Shown here one piece after another: positions 19,189 through 29,255 of a stretch of DNA of 64,000 nucleotides. Source of the stretch: an uncultured delta proteobacterium. Its GTDB lineage: Bacteria; Myxococcota_A; UBA9160; SMWR01. Below the pieces are notes generated by a model. That model saw only the letters and a list, made by a program, of their open reading frames with translations, did not search any database and was not told where the DNA came from. Where the stretch lies: the NCBI GenBank assembly GCA_963832165.1, contig CAWHTE010000011.1:160001-224000 (forward strand), written 5' to 3'. The translations under genes and the position numbers were made by a program. Position 1 is the first letter of the stretch; the number at the start of each line of letters is the position of its first letter.

Positions 19189-19226
19189 AGGTTCACTTTC
19201 GGGTGTGACAGATCCGGTCACGCCCG
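19189..19226 (-). promoter_or_regulatory. GTGTGAC-N7-GTCACGC palindrome with downstream -10-like box, upstream of rmuC
   Basis: Palindrome at 19203-19223; GAACCT 8 nt downstream on the minus strand; same layout at 58300-58337. Confidence 0.65.
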
Positions 19227-19290
19227 TCAGAATGGAGTCCGGCCCCAAGTGGTTAGAATGACTAATGAATTGGGGCGGACGGAGCGGGAC

Positions 19291-21595
19291 ATGAAGCCGA
19301 TGGGAACCGAATCTGGTGCGGATCGCGGCGCTCGCGCTGTTAGCGGCTGACGCTGCCGACTGCGAGCGGCGGCGCGGGGACGCTCGACGTCCTGTCGAAT
19401 CGCCCCGATCTGATCAGCGGCGACGACGTGTTGTCGAGCGTCGTGCTGCCGGACGGGGTCCCGCCGGAGTCGGTCGTCCTGACTCTCGATGGCGCGCCCG
19501 CGCAGAAGCCGCGGCCGGCGTCGATGCGGCGGGCCGCTATCTCGCGCGCGTCACGGGCCTCGCGCTGGGCGCGAACGTGCTCGCGGTGCAGCTGCCGGGC
19601 GACATCGAGGCCAGCGTCGAGATCGTGAACCACCCCAACGGCGGCCCGGTGTTCTCGGGTCCGCAGATCCAGCCGTGGACCTGCCAGGCCGGCGCAGTCG
19701 ATGCGCAGTGCAACCAGCCGGCCGAGTACACGCTGCTGTACAAGTCGACGAGCCTCCTCGTCACCGATCTCCAGCCCTACGACCCCGAGAACCCGCCGTC
19801 CGACCTCGCGAGCACGACGACGGACGAGGGCGTCACGCTGCCGTTCATCGTGCGCCAGGAGCGCGGCTACCAGGACCGCGACGAGTACAAGATCCTCACG
19901 CTGTTCCGACCCGGCCAACCCTGGGAGCCCTGGGCACCGCAGGACCAGTGGAACCACAAGGTGCTCGTCACGCACGGCGGCGGATGCGGTGGCGACTACT
20001 CGCCCGGCGGCGCGCCGCTCGAAGACTTCGCGGGCACGGTTCCGATCGCCGTGGCCGAGCAGAGCTACATCGCCGCTCTCGGGCGCGGCTTTGCCGTGAT
20101 GTCGACGGCGCTCGACAACAACGGACACAACTGCAACATCGCCGTGCAGGCCGAGTCGCTGATGATGGCGAAGGAGCGCCTGGTCGAGCACTACGGCCCA
20201 CTCCGCTACACGATCGGCACGGGCTGCTCGGGCGGCGCGCTCGTGCAGCAGCAGATATCGAACGCCTATCCGGGCATCTACCAGGGCCTGCTCACGACCT
20301 GCGCCTATCCCGACACGTTCAGCGCGGGCGCGCAGTTCGCCGACTACCACATGCTGCGCACCTACTTCGAGGATCCGTCGAAGTGGGCCCTCGACGCGGT
20401 GTGGCTGCCGACGCAGTTCGCCGACGTCGAAGGGCATCTCTCCCATCTGAATGCGATTGCGGCCGACGAGCTGCTGTTCAAGGCCGCCACCAACCCGGAG
20501 GGCGACTGCGTCTCCTCCGAGCTCGCCTACGACTCCGAGACGAATCCAGGGGGCGTGCGCTGCGGGATCCTGGACTACCTGCTCACGATCCTCGGGCCGC
20601 GGCCGCCCGAGGTGTGGTCGCCCAACGAGCAGCTGCTCGGCCGCGGCTTCGGCGGTTCGTTCCTCGACAACGTGGGCATCCAGTACGGGCTCGAGGCGCT
20701 GCGAAGTCTCAAGATCACACCGGCCCAGTTCGTGGACCTGAACGTCAAGATCGGCGGAGTCGACATCGACATCCAGCCGAGCCCCATCCGAATCCACGCG
20801 GACTCGCCCGCGCTCACGAACGCCTACCGCAGCGGCTCGATCAACGACGGCAGCCACATGGACACCGTCGCGATCATCAACGCGACGGGGGCCGATCCCG
20901 GCATCGCCCACGACTCGCTCCACACCTTCTGGATGCGCTGGCGGCTCGACCGCGAACAAGGCCATCACGACAACCACGTGATCTGGGAAGGTCCGGCGCC
21001 GCTGATCGGCGACGTGAACTACGCCGTCCAGTCGCTCGTCGCGATGGACCGCTGGCTCTCGGAGATCGAGCTGGACACGAGCGACACGCTGCTCTCGCAG
21101 AAGATCGTCTATCACAAGCCCGCCGACATCCACGATCAGTGCAGCGACGGTCTCGGCCAGAAGCTGTTCGACGGCCTGTGCCCCGAAACCCTGGTCCCCG
21201 TCTACGGCACACCGCGCACCGTGGCGGGCGACGTCGACACGGCCGACACGATGAAGTGTCAGCTCAAGCCGCTGAACCGCAGCGACGACTACGGCCCGCT
21301 CGGGGCGCTCACGTTCACGGACGACCAGTGGGCGCAGCTCGAGGCGGCCTTCCCCGAAGGCGTGTGCGACTACACCCAGCCGGCCGTGGGCGTGCAGCAG
21401 ACCGTCACCTGGCTGAAATACGGGGACGAGAACGGCGACGTGATCTACGGCGGGACGCCATTGCCGGGCGCGCCGATCGCCCCGGGCTGGGTCAGCGAGG
21501 CGTTCTCCCTGCCGGAGCCGGGCCAGCCCGCGCTGCTAGGCGCGGGAATCGCGCTGCTCGTGGTCCTCGCGCGCCGCCGCGCCGGATCGCGGTGA
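19291..21595 (+). CDS. Secreted DUF6351/tannase-like hydrolase with C-terminal PEP-CTERM-type sorting signal; 5' end frameshifted
   Basis: VLSNRPDLISGDDVL in an alternate frame, FSGPQIQPWTC, YTIGTGCSGGA nucleophile elbow, C-terminal LPEPGQPALLGAGIALLVVLARRR. Confidence 0.75.
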
Positions 21596-22042
21596 TTCCG
21601 CCTCCAGCAGGACCTTGAGCCGCACGAACGTCTCGCGGTGGGCGGCCTCGGCCTGCCGGTGCGCATAGCCGACGAGGAGCAGCGGCGCCTTCAGCAGCAC
21701 CTCCTCGTGCACGAGCGTTCCGCCCGCGGACGAGGACGTGATGCGGTAGCGCGTGTGCACCTCGATGCCCGGAGACTGCCACGCCGCCGCGAGGATCAGG
21801 TCGGGCGCGAACGGGTCGAGCTCGGCGACGTAGTGGATGCGGAACGCGAGTGGTCCGAGGTGCATCCGGTCGGTGACGCGGTAGCGCCGCACGGTGGGTC
21901 GCCCGGGATGCCGCGGCAGATCCTCGATGCGCTCGATCAGCGGATGGAGGTCGCGGTGGCGGTGCAGATCGGCGAGGAAGGCGTGGACGACCTCGGGCGC
22001 GACGCGGATCTCGATCGCCTGCTCGAAGCTTCGTTCGGCCAT
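21536..22042 (-). CDS. SRPBCC family protein
   Basis: FEQAIEIRVAPEVVHAFLAD...HPLI...GTLVHEEV...AHRETFVRLK. Confidence 0.75.
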   Translation of the reverse strand: MAERSFEQAIEIRVAPEVVHAFLADLHRHRDLHPLIERIEDLPRHPGRPTVRRYRVTDRMHLGPLAFRIHYVAELDPFAPDLILAAAWQSPGIEVHTRYRITSSSAGGTLVHEEVLLKAPLLLVGYAHRQAEAAHRETFVRLKVLLEAESPRSGAAAREDHEQRDSRA

Positions 22043-22083
22043 GCGGGTCTGGAAGGTAGGCAGCCGTCCGGAATTCCAGCGGG

Positions 22084-22139
22084 TTGACTCCCGACCGATC
22101 GGTCGGTTAAGTTGAAGACCCGACCGACCGATTGGTCGG
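22084..22139 (+). promoter_or_regulatory. Sigma-70-like promoter with two 16-bp palindromic operators (probable TetR sites)
   Basis: TTGACT-N17/18-T(T)AAGTT; CCGACCGATCGGTCGG at 22091-22106 (perfect) and CCGACCGATTGGTCGG at 22124-22139. Confidence 0.75.
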
Positions 22140-22163
22140 GAATCCGATCGCCGGAGGACCCGT

Positions 22164-22787
22164 TTGGCCGAGGCCCCGAGCTCGCGCGACAAGATCCTCG
22201 ACGTCGCAGAGGCGCTGTTCGCGCGCCGCGGCTTTGCCGGGATCGGCCTGCGCGAGGTGGCCGATGCGTCGGGCCTCGCCAAGGCGTCGCTGTTCCACCA
22301 CTTCCGCGGCAAGGAGCAGCTCTACCACGAAGTGATCCTGCGCGTACTGCTGCGGATCCGCGACCGCTTCGAGGCGAACCTCGTTCCCGACGACTCTCCG
22401 CGCGAGCAGCTCGAGCGCTGGCTCGAAGAGCTGATCGATGTGCTCGCCGAGCATCCGACCGTCGCGCGCCTGTTGTTGCGCAGCCTGTTCGAGGAGGAGG
22501 ACGCGCTCGCGCCCGAGGCGGAGGCCTGCGAGGCGCAGCTGGCGTCGATCATCGCCGATGCGGAGCGGCTGATCCGCCGCGGCATCGAGTGCGGCGAGCT
22601 GCGCCGCGTATCCACACCCCACACGCTCCTGACCGTGATGGGAGCCACCGTCTTCTATTTCGCCTCGGCGGAGATGGGCGAGCAGATTCTCGGCCGCCCG
22701 CTCTTCGCCGCGGAAGAAGTTGCCCGGCGCAAGCGCGAAGTCATCGGGCTCTTGCGCCACGGTTTGTTCGTTCACGCGCCCGACTAA
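22164..22787 (+). CDS. TetR/AcrR family transcriptional regulator
   Basis: RDKILDVAEALFARRGF...LREVA...SLFHHFRGKEQLY. Confidence 0.92.
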   Translation: MAEAPSSRDKILDVAEALFARRGFAGIGLREVADASGLAKASLFHHFRGKEQLYHEVILRVLLRIRDRFEANLVPDDSPREQLERWLEELIDVLAEHPTVARLLLRSLFEEEDALAPEAEACEAQLASIIADAERLIRRGIECGELRRVSTPHTLLTVMGATVFYFASAEMGEQILGRPLFAAEEVARRKREVIGLLRHGLFVHAPD

Positions 22788-22803
22788 TGGGAAAGGACCT
22801 GAC

Positions 22804-23877
22804 ATGGACAAGTTGATCCAGGAACACCGCAAGCGATTCGGAGAGTTCGAGGTGATCGATTTCGTCGACGAGCAGAAGCTCGCCGGGCTGCGCGATCAGC
22901 TCGATCTCGACGTTCCGCTCGGCCTGAACTGGACGTGGAACTACGGCAGCGAGGTCGCCGAGCTGCGCAACCTGTACGAGAAGGGAAAGGTCAACCAGTG
23001 GAATGCGGAGACCGACCTCGACTGGTCGATCCCGATCTCCAAGGACGAGTTCATCGTCAACCCCGAGCTATCGCTGCTCGCGCAGGCCACCAAGCTCATG
23101 GGCAAGGACGAGGCCACCCAGAAGGCGGCCGCGTTCGACGAGATCAACTACCTGCTCTCGCAGCTGCTACACGGCGAGCAGGCCGCGCTGCAGCTGTGCG
23201 GTCAGCTCACCAACGTCTGCGACAAGATGGACGAGAAGTGGTACGCCGCGAGCCAGGTGATCGACGAGGCGCGCCACATCGAGGCGTTCGCGAAGTTCAT
23301 GCAGCGCAAGATGGGCACGATCTATCCGATCGGCGGCACGCTCAAGGTGCTGCTCGACATCCTGCTGCAGGCCGAGAGCGCGCAGAAGAAGACGCTCGGC
23401 ATGCAGACGCTGTTCGAGGGCATGGCCGTCGGCATCATGGACTTCATGCGCAGCCAGTCGCGCACGCCGCTGCTCACGGAGCTCCTGCGCCGCGTCGAGC
23501 AGGACGAGTCGCGCCATGCCGCGTTCGGCGTGCTCATGATGCGCCGCGTGGTGCGCGAGGCGACCACCGACGAGAAGAACGAGCTCGAGGACTGGGCGTT
23601 CTCGATCCTCGAGGCGCTCAACGCGAACCAACAGCTCGACATGCTGCACCAGCTCGGGCCGAAGTACGACATCGACGCCGAGCAGATCACGCGCGCGTTC
23701 CTCGGGATGGAGCAGTGGGCCACCGTCAACAGCATCCCGTTCATGCACACGGTGATCCCGAACCTGCGCAATCTCGGCTTGATCACCGAGCGCACGCAGG
23801 GCGAGTGGCGGCGCGTCGGCATGATGATCGACAGCGCGCCCGGCGTGAAGGGAACGCCGGCGGTGGCCGCTAGCTGA
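22804..23877 (+). CDS. Ferritin-like diiron protein (AurF/N-oxygenase-like)
   Basis: LHGEQAA, DEARH, FEGMA, DESRH diiron ligand motifs. Confidence 0.8.
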   Translation: MDKLIQEHRKRFGEFEVIDFVDEQKLAGLRDQLDLDVPLGLNWTWNYGSEVAELRNLYEKGKVNQWNAETDLDWSIPISKDEFIVNPELSLLAQATKLMGKDEATQKAAAFDEINYLLSQLLHGEQAALQLCGQLTNVCDKMDEKWYAASQVIDEARHIEAFAKFMQRKMGTIYPIGGTLKVLLDILLQAESAQKKTLGMQTLFEGMAVGIMDFMRSQSRTPLLTELLRRVEQDESRHAAFGVLMMRRVVREATTDEKNELEDWAFSILEALNANQQLDMLHQLGPKYDIDAEQITRAFLGMEQWATVNSIPFMHTVIPNLRNLGLITERTQGEWRRVGMMIDSAPGVKGTPAVAAS

Positions 23878-25886
23878 CACGGCGAGCGCTGATCGCCGGT
23901 GCGCTGCTCGCACTCGCGTGCGGGCGCGGCGGTGGGGATGTGCCTGGCGACTGGCCCGTGCACGGCCGTTCGCCGGGCGAGCAGCGCTACAGCCCGCTCG
24001 CCGAGGTCGACGAGCACAACGTCGCGCAGCTCGGGCTCGCGTGGAGCTACGCGACCGGCACGAACCGAGGACTCGAGGCCACGCCGATCGTCGAGGACGG
24101 TGTGCTCTACGCGACGGGCTCGTGGAGCGTCGTGTTCGCGCTCGACGCGCGCACGGGGCGCGAGCTCTGGCGCTTCGACCCGCACGTCGCGGGCGAGGTC
24201 GGCGCGCGCGCGTGCTGCGACGTCGTGAATCGCGGCGTCGCACTGCACGCGGGGCGCGTCTATCTCGGCGCGCTCGACGGGCGCCTGTTCGCGCTCGACG
24301 CGGAGACAGGGGCCGTGGTCTGGCAGGTGCAGACCACCGATCCCGCGCTGCCCTACACGATCACGGGTGCACCGCGCATCGTGAAAGGGAAGGTGGTGAT
24401 CGGCAACGGCGGCGCCGACATCGGCGTGCGCGGCTACGTGTCCGCCTACGACGCCGAGACGGGTGCGCTCGCGTGGCGCTTCTACACGGTTCCCGGCGAT
24501 CCCGCGCAGCAGCCCGAGTCGCCCGCGCTCGCGAAGGCGCTACCCACGTGGCAGGGCGGCGAGTGGTGGAAGGTGGGCGGCGGCGGAACGGTGTGGGACT
24601 CGCTCGCGTACGACGCGGACCTCGACCTGCTCTACGTGGGCACCGGCAACGGCGGGCCGTGGACGCCGCGCCTGCGCAGCCGCGGCGACAACTTGTATCT
24701 GTCGTCGATCCTGGCGCTGCGCCCCGACACGGGCGAGCTGGTCTGGCACTACCAGACGACGCCGGGCGATCAGTGGGATTACACCGCGACGCAGCACATG
24801 ATCCTCGCGGAGCTCGAGATCGCCGGTCGCACGCGCCGCGTGCTCATGCAGGCGCCGAAGAACGGCTTCTTCTACGTGCTCGACCGCGAAACCGGCGAGC
24901 TGCTCTCGGCCGCGCCCTACGTTCCGGTGACGTGGGCGCAGCGCGTCGACCTCGCGAGCGGCCGGCCGGTCGAGGCGTCCGGCGCGCGCTACCGCGCTGA
25001 AAAGGTCTCGGTGCTGTCGCCGGGCCCGGTCGGCGGGCACAACTGGCAGCCGATGTCGTTCCATCCCGGCACCGGGCTCGTGTACATCCCCGCGCTCGAG
25101 ATGCCGTTCGCGTTCCGCGACGATCTCGACTTCGAGCTGCGCGCCAATCAGATGAACGCGGGCGTCGACGCGCTCGCGGGCGCGAAATCGATGGTCTCGG
25201 GGCGGATCGTCGCAGCGCTCGTCGCGTGGGATCCGGTGCGGCAGCGCGAGGCGTGGCGCGTCGAGCATCCGCACGTGATGAACGGCGGCACGCTCGCGAC
25301 CGCGGGCAACCTGGTGTTCCAGGGAACCGGGCGCGGCACGTTCGCCGCCTATCGCGCCAGCGACGGCGAGCGGCTGTTCGAGGCGCGCACGGGTACCGGC
25401 GTGATCGCGCCGCCGATCACCTACACCGTCGGCGGCGAGCAGTACGTCTCGGTGCTCGCGGGATTGGGCGGCGGTCTCGCGCTCGCGAGCGCCGATCCGC
25501 CGCCCGATACGCTCGCGACCGGAAATGCGGGCCACGTGCTCGCGTGGAAGCTCGGCGGAAAGGCCTCGCTCCCCGAGCCCGTGGACTGGCATCCGACGCC
25601 GATCACAGCGATCGACGAGCCGCTCGTTTCCGAGCGCGTCGCGCGCGGCGAGCGGACCTTCTTCCGCTACTGCGCCTCGTGCCACGGACCCGCTGCGATC
25701 GGGGGTGGCACGCTGCCCGATCTGCGCCGCTCGTCTCCGGGCGTCTACGAAGATCTCGCGGGCATTCTGGTGTCGGGCAGCCGACTCGCGCGCGGCATGC
25801 CCCGATTCGACTTCTTCACGGCCGAGGACGTGGCCGACGTGCGCGCCTATCTGCTCTCGCGTCGCGCCGAAATCGCGGCGCATTGA
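23874..25886 (+). CDS. Quinohemoprotein (type II) PQQ-dependent alcohol dehydrogenase, probable lipoprotein; start codon uncertain (CTG 23874)
   Basis: LALAC lipobox, ACCDVVNRG vicinal cysteines, WDYTATQ, APKNGFFYVLDR, GGHNWQPMS, C-terminal CASCH. Confidence 0.92.
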   Translation: MTRRALIAGALLALACGRGGGDVPGDWPVHGRSPGEQRYSPLAEVDEHNVAQLGLAWSYATGTNRGLEATPIVEDGVLYATGSWSVVFALDARTGRELWRFDPHVAGEVGARACCDVVNRGVALHAGRVYLGALDGRLFALDAETGAVVWQVQTTDPALPYTITGAPRIVKGKVVIGNGGADIGVRGYVSAYDAETGALAWRFYTVPGDPAQQPESPALAKALPTWQGGEWWKVGGGGTVWDSLAYDADLDLLYVGTGNGGPWTPRLRSRGDNLYLSSILALRPDTGELVWHYQTTPGDQWDYTATQHMILAELEIAGRTRRVLMQAPKNGFFYVLDRETGELLSAAPYVPVTWAQRVDLASGRPVEASGARYRAEKVSVLSPGPVGGHNWQPMSFHPGTGLVYIPALEMPFAFRDDLDFELRANQMNAGVDALAGAKSMVSGRIVAALVAWDPVRQREAWRVEHPHVMNGGTLATAGNLVFQGTGRGTFAAYRASDGERLFEARTGTGVIAPPITYTVGGEQYVSVLAGLGGGLALASADPPPDTLATGNAGHVLAWKLGGKASLPEPVDWHPTPITAIDEPLVSERVARGERTFFRYCASCHGPAAIGGGTLPDLRRSSPGVYEDLAGILVSGSRLARGMPRFDFFTAEDVADVRAYLLSRRAEIAAH

Positions 25887-25905
25887 CGCCATCGGCGGGT
25901 ATAAA

Positions 25906-26304
25906 ATGGAGCGCATGGCCGATACCGACCGCACCGCTCGCGCCGAGGCGCTCCTCGACAAGATCTTCACGCCCGCGTGGCGAGAGCACGAGGGCGGCGT
26001 AGCATGGCCGAGCGAGGCCGGGCTCGACTTCGCGCGCATCTGCGTCGAGCACTGCTATGCCGACGCGTGGGCGCGCGAGGGAGCGCTCGACCTCAAGACG
26101 CGCAGTCTCGTCACGCTCACCGCGCTCGCGGCCCTCGGCAGCACCGAAGAGATCAAGCTCCACGTGCGCGGCGCGCTCTCGCTCGGCCATGCGCCCGACG
26201 ACGTGGTCGAGCTGTTCATCCACCTGATCCCGTATCTGGGTGTCCCGCGCATGGTGGCGGCGATGCGCAGCGCGGGAGAGGTGCTGCGCGAGGCCCGCAC
26301 ATGA
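25906..26304 (+). CDS. Carboxymuconolactone decarboxylase family protein
   Basis: WAREGALDLKTRSLVTLTAL, LHVRGAL, YLGVPR. Confidence 0.85.
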   Translation: MERMADTDRTARAEALLDKIFTPAWREHEGGVAWPSEAGLDFARICVEHCYADAWAREGALDLKTRSLVTLTALAALGSTEEIKLHVRGALSLGHAPDDVVELFIHLIPYLGVPRMVAAMRSAGEVLREART

Positions 26305-27509
26305 CCGGCGCGAGCGACCTTCCCGAGCTCCACTTCGACGAGCGCTTCTTCCGCGATCCGCACGGCACGGTGGCGCCGCTGTTCGCCGCGGGTGCGCGCG
26401 CGGCGTGCGTGCCCGAGCTCGGCACCGTGTTCTTCCTGCGCTACGCCGACGTGATGGAGGCGCTGCTCGACCGGCGCTTCGGCGCGATCGGCGCGCGCTA
26501 CTACGAGCAACAGGGCTGGTCCGAGGGGGCGTACATCGACTGGGTGCGACGCACCGTGGTGTTCCTCGACCCGCCCGACCACGACCGGCTGCGCGCACTG
26601 CTCGCGCGCGCGTTCACCCCGCGCCAGGTGGCGCGCGTGCGGCCGCTCACCGAAGAGCTCGCGAACGAGCTGCTCGACGCCGCGCTCGAGGCGCGCGCGG
26701 TGGATCTCTACGACGCATTCGCACAGCGGCTGCCGCTCCAGGTGATCTGCGGCCTGCTCGCGATTCCGAGCATCGACCACCACGCGGTCGGCGAGTGGAC
26801 GGCCGCGCTCTCGCTGGCGACCGCGACGCCGACTCCGGACGCGCGCGTGGGCGCCGATCGCGCGATTCTCGCGTTCGACGATTACGTGAGTCGCATGATC
26901 GCGGAGCGCCGCGCGCAGCCCGGAGACGATCTGCTCTCGGAGCTGATCGCCGCGGAAGAGGGCGGAGATCGCCTCTCGAAGGACGAGCTCGTGGCGATGG
27001 TGGTGCAGATGCTCTACGCGGGGCACGAAACCACGCGCAACCTGATCGGCAATGGCCTGTTCACGCTGCTCCAACATCCCGACGAGCTCGCGCGCCTGCG
27101 CGCGGAGCCCGAGCTGCTCACGGGCGCGGTCGAGGAGATGCTGCGCTTCGAACCACCCATCATCTTCATCTCGCGCGTGGCGCGCGCGGACATCGACTGC
27201 GCGGGCGTGGCTGTGCGCAAGGACGATCTCGTGCACTTCGGGATCGCCTCGGCCAACCGCGACCCCGAGCGCTTCGCGGCTCCCGACCGCTTCGAGGTCG
27301 GCCGCGACGAAGTGCGCAACCTCTCGTTCGGCTGGGGCATGCACTTCTGCCTCGGCGCGAGCATCGCGCGCATGGAGGGGCGGGTGGCGTTCGAGGCGCT
27401 GCTCGCGCGCACCGCGAAGATCGAGTGGGCGGGCCCGCCTGCGACCTGGGCGCCCGCGACCGCGCTGCGCACGCTCGAGGCGTTCCCGGTCGAGCTCGTT
27501 CCGCGCTAG
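26301..27509 (+). CDS. Cytochrome P450
   Basis: DPPDHDRLR, AGHETT, EEMLR, FGWGMHFCLG. Confidence 0.95.
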   Translation: MTGASDLPELHFDERFFRDPHGTVAPLFAAGARAACVPELGTVFFLRYADVMEALLDRRFGAIGARYYEQQGWSEGAYIDWVRRTVVFLDPPDHDRLRALLARAFTPRQVARVRPLTEELANELLDAALEARAVDLYDAFAQRLPLQVICGLLAIPSIDHHAVGEWTAALSLATATPTPDARVGADRAILAFDDYVSRMIAERRAQPGDDLLSELIAAEEGGDRLSKDELVAMVVQMLYAGHETTRNLIGNGLFTLLQHPDELARLRAEPELLTGAVEEMLRFEPPIIFISRVARADIDCAGVAVRKDDLVHFGIASANRDPERFAAPDRFEVGRDEVRNLSFGWGMHFCLGASIARMEGRVAFEALLARTAKIEWAGPPATWAPATALRTLEAFPVELVPR

Positions 27510-27570
27510 CGCGCTCGGGCCTGCGTCTGCTGCCCACCCACGCTACGGTGCACCGCCCGGAGGAGGCCCC

Positions 27571-28029
27571 ATGATTCTCGGTGTTCATCATCCCGCGCTG
27601 GCCGTGCCCGACATCCAGAAGGCGCTCGACTTCTACTGCGGCGTGCTCGGATTCAAGGAGGTCATGACGGCGGAGCTTCCGTCGGGCATCCCGCCGATCA
27701 ACGCCGCGTTCGGCGTGCCCGACGCGGGCTGCAAGGTGCGCATGATCAAGAAGGGCAACTCGTGCATCGAACTGTTCGAGTTCAAGTCGGGCCAGCCGGG
27801 GGATCCGAAGCGTCCGGTGACACTCGGCGGGATCACCCACTTCGCGCTCGTGAGCGACGACATCGCGAAGGACTACGATCACCTCGCCGCGAATGGCGTC
27901 ACGTTCAACGCGGCGCTGTTCGGCGGAGCGCCGGCGCGCTTCGCGTACGGCCGCGACCCGTTCGGCAACGTGATCGAGCTGCTCGAGCACGCGCCGAACT
28001 CTCCGTCGGGGCTCCGCTTCGAGGACTAG
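27571..28029 (+). CDS. VOC/glyoxalase family protein
   Basis: HHPALAVPD, IELFEF, THFAL, RDPFGNVIELLE; GGAGG RBS. Confidence 0.88.
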   Translation: MILGVHHPALAVPDIQKALDFYCGVLGFKEVMTAELPSGIPPINAAFGVPDAGCKVRMIKKGNSCIELFEFKSGQPGDPKRPVTLGGITHFALVSDDIAKDYDHLAANGVTFNAALFGGAPARFAYGRDPFGNVIELLEHAPNSPSGLRFED

Positions 28030-28034
28030 CGAAT

Positions 28035-28068
28035 GGCGGGATCCGCCTTCGGCTTCTCCCGCCCTACG
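28035..28068 (-). repeat. GTAG-type REP element
   Basis: Identical to 14288-14321; lies between convergent genes. Confidence 0.85.
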
Positions 28069-28070
28069 GC

Positions 28071-28388
28071 TCAGTGCCCGGGGCGTTTCACGTCCACGAA
28101 CACCTGACCCGCGCGCACCTCGACCGCAAACGAGGTCAGGCACGCGAGCGTCCTCTGGATGCCGCTTCCGCTCGCCACGTCGAACTGCCACTCGTGACGC
28201 GAGCACGTGAGCACGCGCCCGCGCAGCGTGCCCTCGGAGAGCAGCACTCCTGCATGGGGGCAGGCGTCCTCGTAGGCGACCACGCGCTCTCCGAGCCGCA
28301 CGACGAATACGCTGGTGCCGCCGATCTCGCACGGATAGAGCTCTCCTTCCGAGAGCACCGCAAGAAAGGCTACGGGTTCGAACGCCAT
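28071..28388 (-). CDS. Rieske [2Fe-2S] ferredoxin (TmoC-like)
   Basis: CPH...LSEG...CSRHEWQFD; starts 3 nt after the cheR stop. Confidence 0.88.
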   Translation of the reverse strand: MAFEPVAFLAVLSEGELYPCEIGGTSVFVVRLGERVVAYEDACPHAGVLLSEGTLRGRVLTCSRHEWQFDVASGSGIQRTLACLTSFAVEVRAGQVFVDVKRPGH

Positions 28389-28391
28389 GGA

Positions 28392-29255
28392 TCAGTCTCC
28401 TTTCGCCGACTGCCACTCCGGATCGCCGCGCAGCCGGAAGCAACACGACCCGCTCCCTCCGAACCGCTCGAAGCGGTCGTCGAGGAAGTCGGTCGATTCG
28501 GCGGCGCCGAGCACGAGCGCGCCGCCGGGCCGCAGCACGTTCGCGACCCTCCCGAGCACCTCGCGCTTCGTGGACATGTCCCAGTAGATCATCACGTTGC
28601 GCAGCAGCACGACGTCGGCGCGTGCGATCGGAGTCGCGTCGTTGGTCAGGTTGAACTGGAGCAGCTCCACCCGCTCGCGGATCGCCTTCTCGAGCACCCA
28701 GGCGCCGTCGCGCTGATCGAAGTGGCGGACCAGCGCGGCGCTGGGCAGCCCGCGGTTGACCTCGAATTGCGTGTAGCAGCCGGCCGCGGCGCGCTCGAGA
28801 TGGGCTTGCGACAGATCGGTCGCGAGGATCCGCACCTTCCAGGTGGCGAGCTCCGCGAAGTGGTCGCGGAGCAGCATCGCGAGGCTGTAGGGCTCCTGGC
28901 CGGTCGAGCACGCGGCGCTCCAGAAGTCGAGCCTCTTGACGTTGCGACGCCGCTCGATCAATCCGGGCAGCACGTCGCTGCGCAGCGCAGAGAAGCAGTC
29001 GAAGTCGCGGAAGAAGTTCGTCTCGCCGTTGAGCAGCGCCTCGACGATCGTGCGCTCGAGCTCGCGCGTGGGCGCGCTGCGCAGCCGCGCGTCGAGCTCG
29101 GCGACGCCCTTGATCTCGAGCGCCGCCACGAGCTTCGCGAGGCGCGACTCGATCAGGTAGTCCTTGTCCGGCCCGACCACGACGCCCGCGCTGCGCTTCG
29201 CGAGGTCGCGGATCGCGAGATAGTGGGGCTTCGCGCTCGCCGCGGTCTTCGACAT
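28392..29255 (-). CDS. cheR: Chemotaxis protein methyltransferase
   Basis: ETNFFRD, WSAACSTGQEPYSLAM, LRNVMIY. Confidence 0.95.
   Translation of the reverse strand: MSKTAASAKPHYLAIRDLAKRSAGVVVGPDKDYLIESRLAKLVAALEIKGVAELDARLRSAPTRELERTIVEALLNGETNFFRDFDCFSALRSDVLPGLIERRRNVKRLDFWSAACSTGQEPYSLAMLLRDHFAELATWKVRILATDLSQAHLERAAAGCYTQFEVNRGLPSAALVRHFDQRDGAWVLEKAIRERVELLQFNLTNDATPIARADVVLLRNVMIYWDMSTKREVLGRVANVLRPGGALVLGAAESTDFLDDRFERFGGSGSCCFRLRGDPEWQSAKGD

Noticed and set aside
23874..25886. Lanthanide-dependent PQQ dehydrogenase
   Set aside because: Active-site segment is WDYT, lacking the second Asp (DxD) of Ln-dependent enzymes; calcium type is more likely.
25883..25907. TTGACG...TATAAAAT promoter before the CMD gene
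   Set aside because: Spacer is only 11-13 nt and the -10 abuts the start codon.
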